Shown here: positions 62,827-64,000 of the stretch, one piece after another
Position numbering within the stretch: the first letter of the stretch is position 1
How the letters are laid out: each line of letters opens with the position of its first letter
Assembly (NCBI GenBank): GCA_965153355.1
Contig: OZ231126.1
Location: forward strand, 49,042,001-49,106,000
Direction of reading: 5' to 3'
Length of the DNA stretch: 64,000 bases
Origin: Flaccisagitta enflata
Lineage: Eukaryota
The notes under the pieces: model-generated
Database searches by the model: none
What the model was told of the DNA's origin: nothing
The model's input: the letters and a program-made list of their open reading frames with translations, nothing else
Program-made: the position numbers and the translations under genes

Positions 62827-63544
62827 ATATTTAGTCCTGGGCATTACTGTCCCTGCCCCACATTACAGCCCCCGCCCACATATGTACTCGTGATTTTGGG
62901 GGTTGGGTCGTTGTTGGTATGTCCGAGGTGGTGATTTCTGATTAAGGTATCATTTGGGGATGAATTGGTGGTCGTTGGGTGAAATTTTCCTCTGGTGTAT
63001 CCAAATCTCGCGAAAATCTTTTAAATCAAAATCGAAGTAAAAGGAAGATGCAATTCTGAAATACGAATTCCGCACTGATAATGTCGCACCATTTATTAAA
63101 AGATGATATGTGATTGACATTTATCACGAGGACAACTGAAACAAGGCCAGATACACGGCCCCCCATTACGTGTGCGGGTAGGCAGGGACAGTAAGGCTAA
63201 ATTGGGCAGGAGCAGTAATGCATAAAGTGTTACAGGCTGACAGATGGACGTATGGATGGACCGACAGACAAAGTGGGTTATTGAATCGCGTGAATGAGAC
63301 TTTCTTTTTCTTTTTTTTCTTTTAGAAAGATTAAAGAATAGTAGAGAATGGAAATTACTTTGCTGTTGTAGAACGTTCATATAGTAATGTTGAGCACAAG
63401 TTGACATATAACTTGAATGCGAACGCGATGGCTATACATCCACCTTCTACAGGCGAAGAAAATGAGAATGAGAGAGAAATAGGGGAAGAGACAAAAGGAA
63501 AGAGAGAGAGATGGCGAGGAAGAGGAAGGAGAGAGATTGGCAAT

Positions 63545-63972
63545 AGTCGCAAAAGCGTTAGATGGTCAGCGGTACCCGTTGCCCCTATGTGAGTGGCTGT
63601 GGGTGTGAGGTGGTTAGAGGGGCAGCGGCCCCGAAGGGGCCGATGACCTATGCTGTTTTTATTTGAGCCTCAAGGCTGGAATTAGGGACTGGAGGCTGGA
63701 ACTAGGGCCTTGAGGCTGGAATTTGCGCCTGAAGGCTGGGATTTGAGCCTAGGATTTGGGCCTTGAGGCTGGGATTTGAGCCTCAAGGCTGGGATTTGAG
63801 CCTCAATACTGGGATTTAAGCTTCAAGGCTTGGGTTTGAGCCTCGAGGCTGGGATTTGAGCCTCAAGGGGGGGGGGGGGGACATAGGAGGAGAAGGAGAA
63901 GAAGAAGAAGGAGAAATTTCCCCTATGTGTGAAAGCATAGGTAATCGGCCCCTTCGGGGCCGCTGCCCAAAA
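63545..63972 (-). mobile_element. Family B element
   Basis: ggcagcggccccgaaggggccgatgacctatgc ... gcataggtaatcggccccttcggggccgctgccc, with internal (ggctgggatttgagcctcaa)n. Confidence 0.55.
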
Positions 63973-64000
63973 AGGAAGAGACTGATTGAGAGAGACTCAC

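Overview
Repeat-rich animal genomic DNA, probably arthropod/crustacean-like (inference only). Most of the ORF track is microsatellite artefact. Two genes can be reconstructed from the sequence. (1) A minus-strand, five-coding-exon class A neuropeptide GPCR of the sex-peptide/MIP-receptor-like family (16862-34834, about 1020 aa). It has an 11x12-aa N-glycosylation repeat in the N-terminus, a very large third intracellular loop, an apparent loss of the ECL2 cysteine, and several duplicated splice junctions. (2) Antisense inside the first coding intron of the GPCR, a complete and apparently intact 6.6-kb Chapaev (CMC-group, RAG1-related zinc finger) DNA transposon (23279-29901). It has CAC..GTG ends, a GGCT 4-bp TSD, long TIRs built from palindromic units, and a 7-exon, 917-aa open transposase in which 3 of 6 introns need GC donors. 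The rest comprises a 5'-truncated R4/Dong-like RLE retrotransposon sitting in a (GA)n tract, many Helentron/DINE-1-like non-autonomous elements carrying satellites, TA- and 8-bp-TSD MITEs (including a three-level nest), a near-perfect 257-bp foldback downstream of the GPCR, and satellites.
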